64,000 nucleotides of DNA from Squalus acanthias (taxonomy: Eukaryota), in contig CM059431.1 in NCBI GenBank assembly GCA_030390025.1, forward strand, positions 133,488,001 through 133,552,000, given 5' to 3'. A model generated the notes under the pieces. That model was not told the origin of the DNA. It saw only the letters and a program-made list of their open reading frames with translations, and did not search any database. The position numbers were made by a program, and so were the translations under genes. Positions 62,612-64,000 of this stretch are shown here, one piece after another (position 1 is the stretch's first letter; each line of letters begins with the position of its first letter).

Positions 62612-64000
62612 GGGGGAAAAATTCAGTTGGTTAGCGCCTCCCGTTACGGGGCGCTGATGCAATAGCGCCGGGGCGAGGCGAATCCAGCGCTGCGCAGAAA
62701 ATCCAGTCCCCCTGTTGCACCGCCGGTACGAGGTACCGTCGGGGACTTCAGCGCCAGGCAGATCGTGATGTCAGTGAGTGTGCAATGCTCACTGGCCACC
62801 CGATCTTCAAAATTGATTTTCGCCACCTACCTTTGCGCCTCGACCAGACAGTGACAAGGAGAGGCGGTACACAGCTGCAGGACGCTGGCTCCAGGGACGT
62901 TATTTAAGGAGAGGAGGTACCCAGCTGCAGGACGCTGGCTCCAGGGACGTTATTTAAGGAGAGGAGGTACACAGCTGCAGGACGCTGGCTCCAGGGACGT
63001 TATTTAAGGAGAGGAGGTACACAGCTGCAGGACGCTGGCTCCAGGGACGTTATTTAAGGAGAGGAGGTACACAGCTGCAGGACGCTGGCTCCAGGGACGT
63101 TATTTAAAGGCATCTGCATTAATCACTCGCAGCTGTCAGGGCAGGTTAGTTTCAGTGGTTTCTTGTCAGTTTCAGCTATTGGATCACTTTGTATGACTAA
63201 TTTCAAGGTTCTTTTTTATCAGCGGTGTTCTGGCAAGTGCAAAGTGCCTACATTTATTGTTCAAAGATTCAAATTGATACACTTTGCAACATTAATGGGG
63301 GCTGTACTGGCATGCCACCTTGCCCTCCAGGATCTACGGTGGAGGGAGCGTAGGCAGCAAGAAATACGGGAACATGTGCGCAGAGGGATGAGGAGGGACA
63401 TCAGGGCTCTCACCAGGATGACTTAAACTCCAGATCCCTTTTGCTCACCACATGCCTATCATACCATCCCTGTGTCATGCCATATCACAGCGTCCTCCTG
63501 GGCGCAAAGGTGAAATGAGAGAGACCAGAAAATATTGCAAACTCCATTAATAAATTTATGCATAAACATAACACATTCATTCTAATAACTAATGACCCTT
63601 GTGCTTGCCATAGTTGAATAGCTGTCATTGTGTGCAAGGCGTGAGATATTGGTGCAAGTGTTGGTAGGTAGAGATTATTGGTGGGTGAGCACTGGGGCTG
63701 TAGTGCTTTGGGCAGTGTGTGAAGCTTGTAGTACAGATGGTGGTATGTAGCATTTGTTGAAGCATTCAATCACCCTGACCACTCAAGTGAGGTGGATCTG
63801 CCATGAGCACACCTGTTTCAGTCCTCCGGCTCCTTCTCCTTGTTGTGCTTCTCCTTGTTGTGCTTCTCCTTGCTGAGGCAGCTGCACAGCCAGCAATGCT
63901 GAGAAATGAGGTGCTGCAGTATCAATCAACCTCCCCTTTAAGTACTAGGAAAAGCTTGTGGCAATGATGAGTTGAGATTAGACTGCACCTGATATTGATC
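62612..64000 (-). mobile_element. Internally deleted Harbinger H (related to A, inverted; runs off the window)
   Basis: TIR GGGGGAAAAATTCAG; transposase N-terminus MGAVLACHLAL (+); 63600-63990 matches the reverse complement of 15085-15665. Confidence 0.85.
62856..63105. repeat. Five tandem copies of a 50-bp unit
   Basis: AAGGAGAGGAGGTACACAGCTGCAGGACGCTGGCTCCAGGGACGTTATTT; two substitutions in total. Confidence 0.98.

Noticed and set aside
62856..63105. CRISPR-like array
   Set aside because: Units are contiguous and identical with no unique spacers; eukaryotic context with no cas genes.

Overview
Repeat-saturated vertebrate genomic DNA, almost certainly from a cartilaginous fish (HE1/V-SINE, Deu-domain SINE, shark-type CR1, L2, RTE and Penelope-derived repeats). 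No host protein-coding gene is identified with confidence; there are only weak exon-like signals at about 0.6-2.0 kb on the minus strand. The window is dominated by deeply nested insertions of PIF/Harbinger DNA transposons and CR1-clade LINEs. The Harbingers have 13-15 bp TIRs of type GGG-N4-AAATTC, 3-bp TSDs, and a 3-exon Myb/SANT gene convergent with a HARBI1-like DDE transposase. Many junctions can be resolved to the base from TSDs and split reading frames. Most notable: (1) an uninterrupted 584-codon CR1 reverse-transcriptase ORF that is in frame with, and takes its ATG and splice acceptor from, exon 2 of a Harbinger Myb gene; (2) a near-intact spliced Harbinger Myb/SANT gene with an AT-hook-like tail in an element lacking its transposase, a pattern repeated in most copies; (3) two different Harbinger families inserted at the same nucleotide of CR1 ORF2; (4) three CR1 copies 5'-truncated at the same motif; (5) minimal hammerhead-ribozyme motifs in Penelope-derived repeats. 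Everything was read by eye; family names rest on motif recognition, not on database searches.
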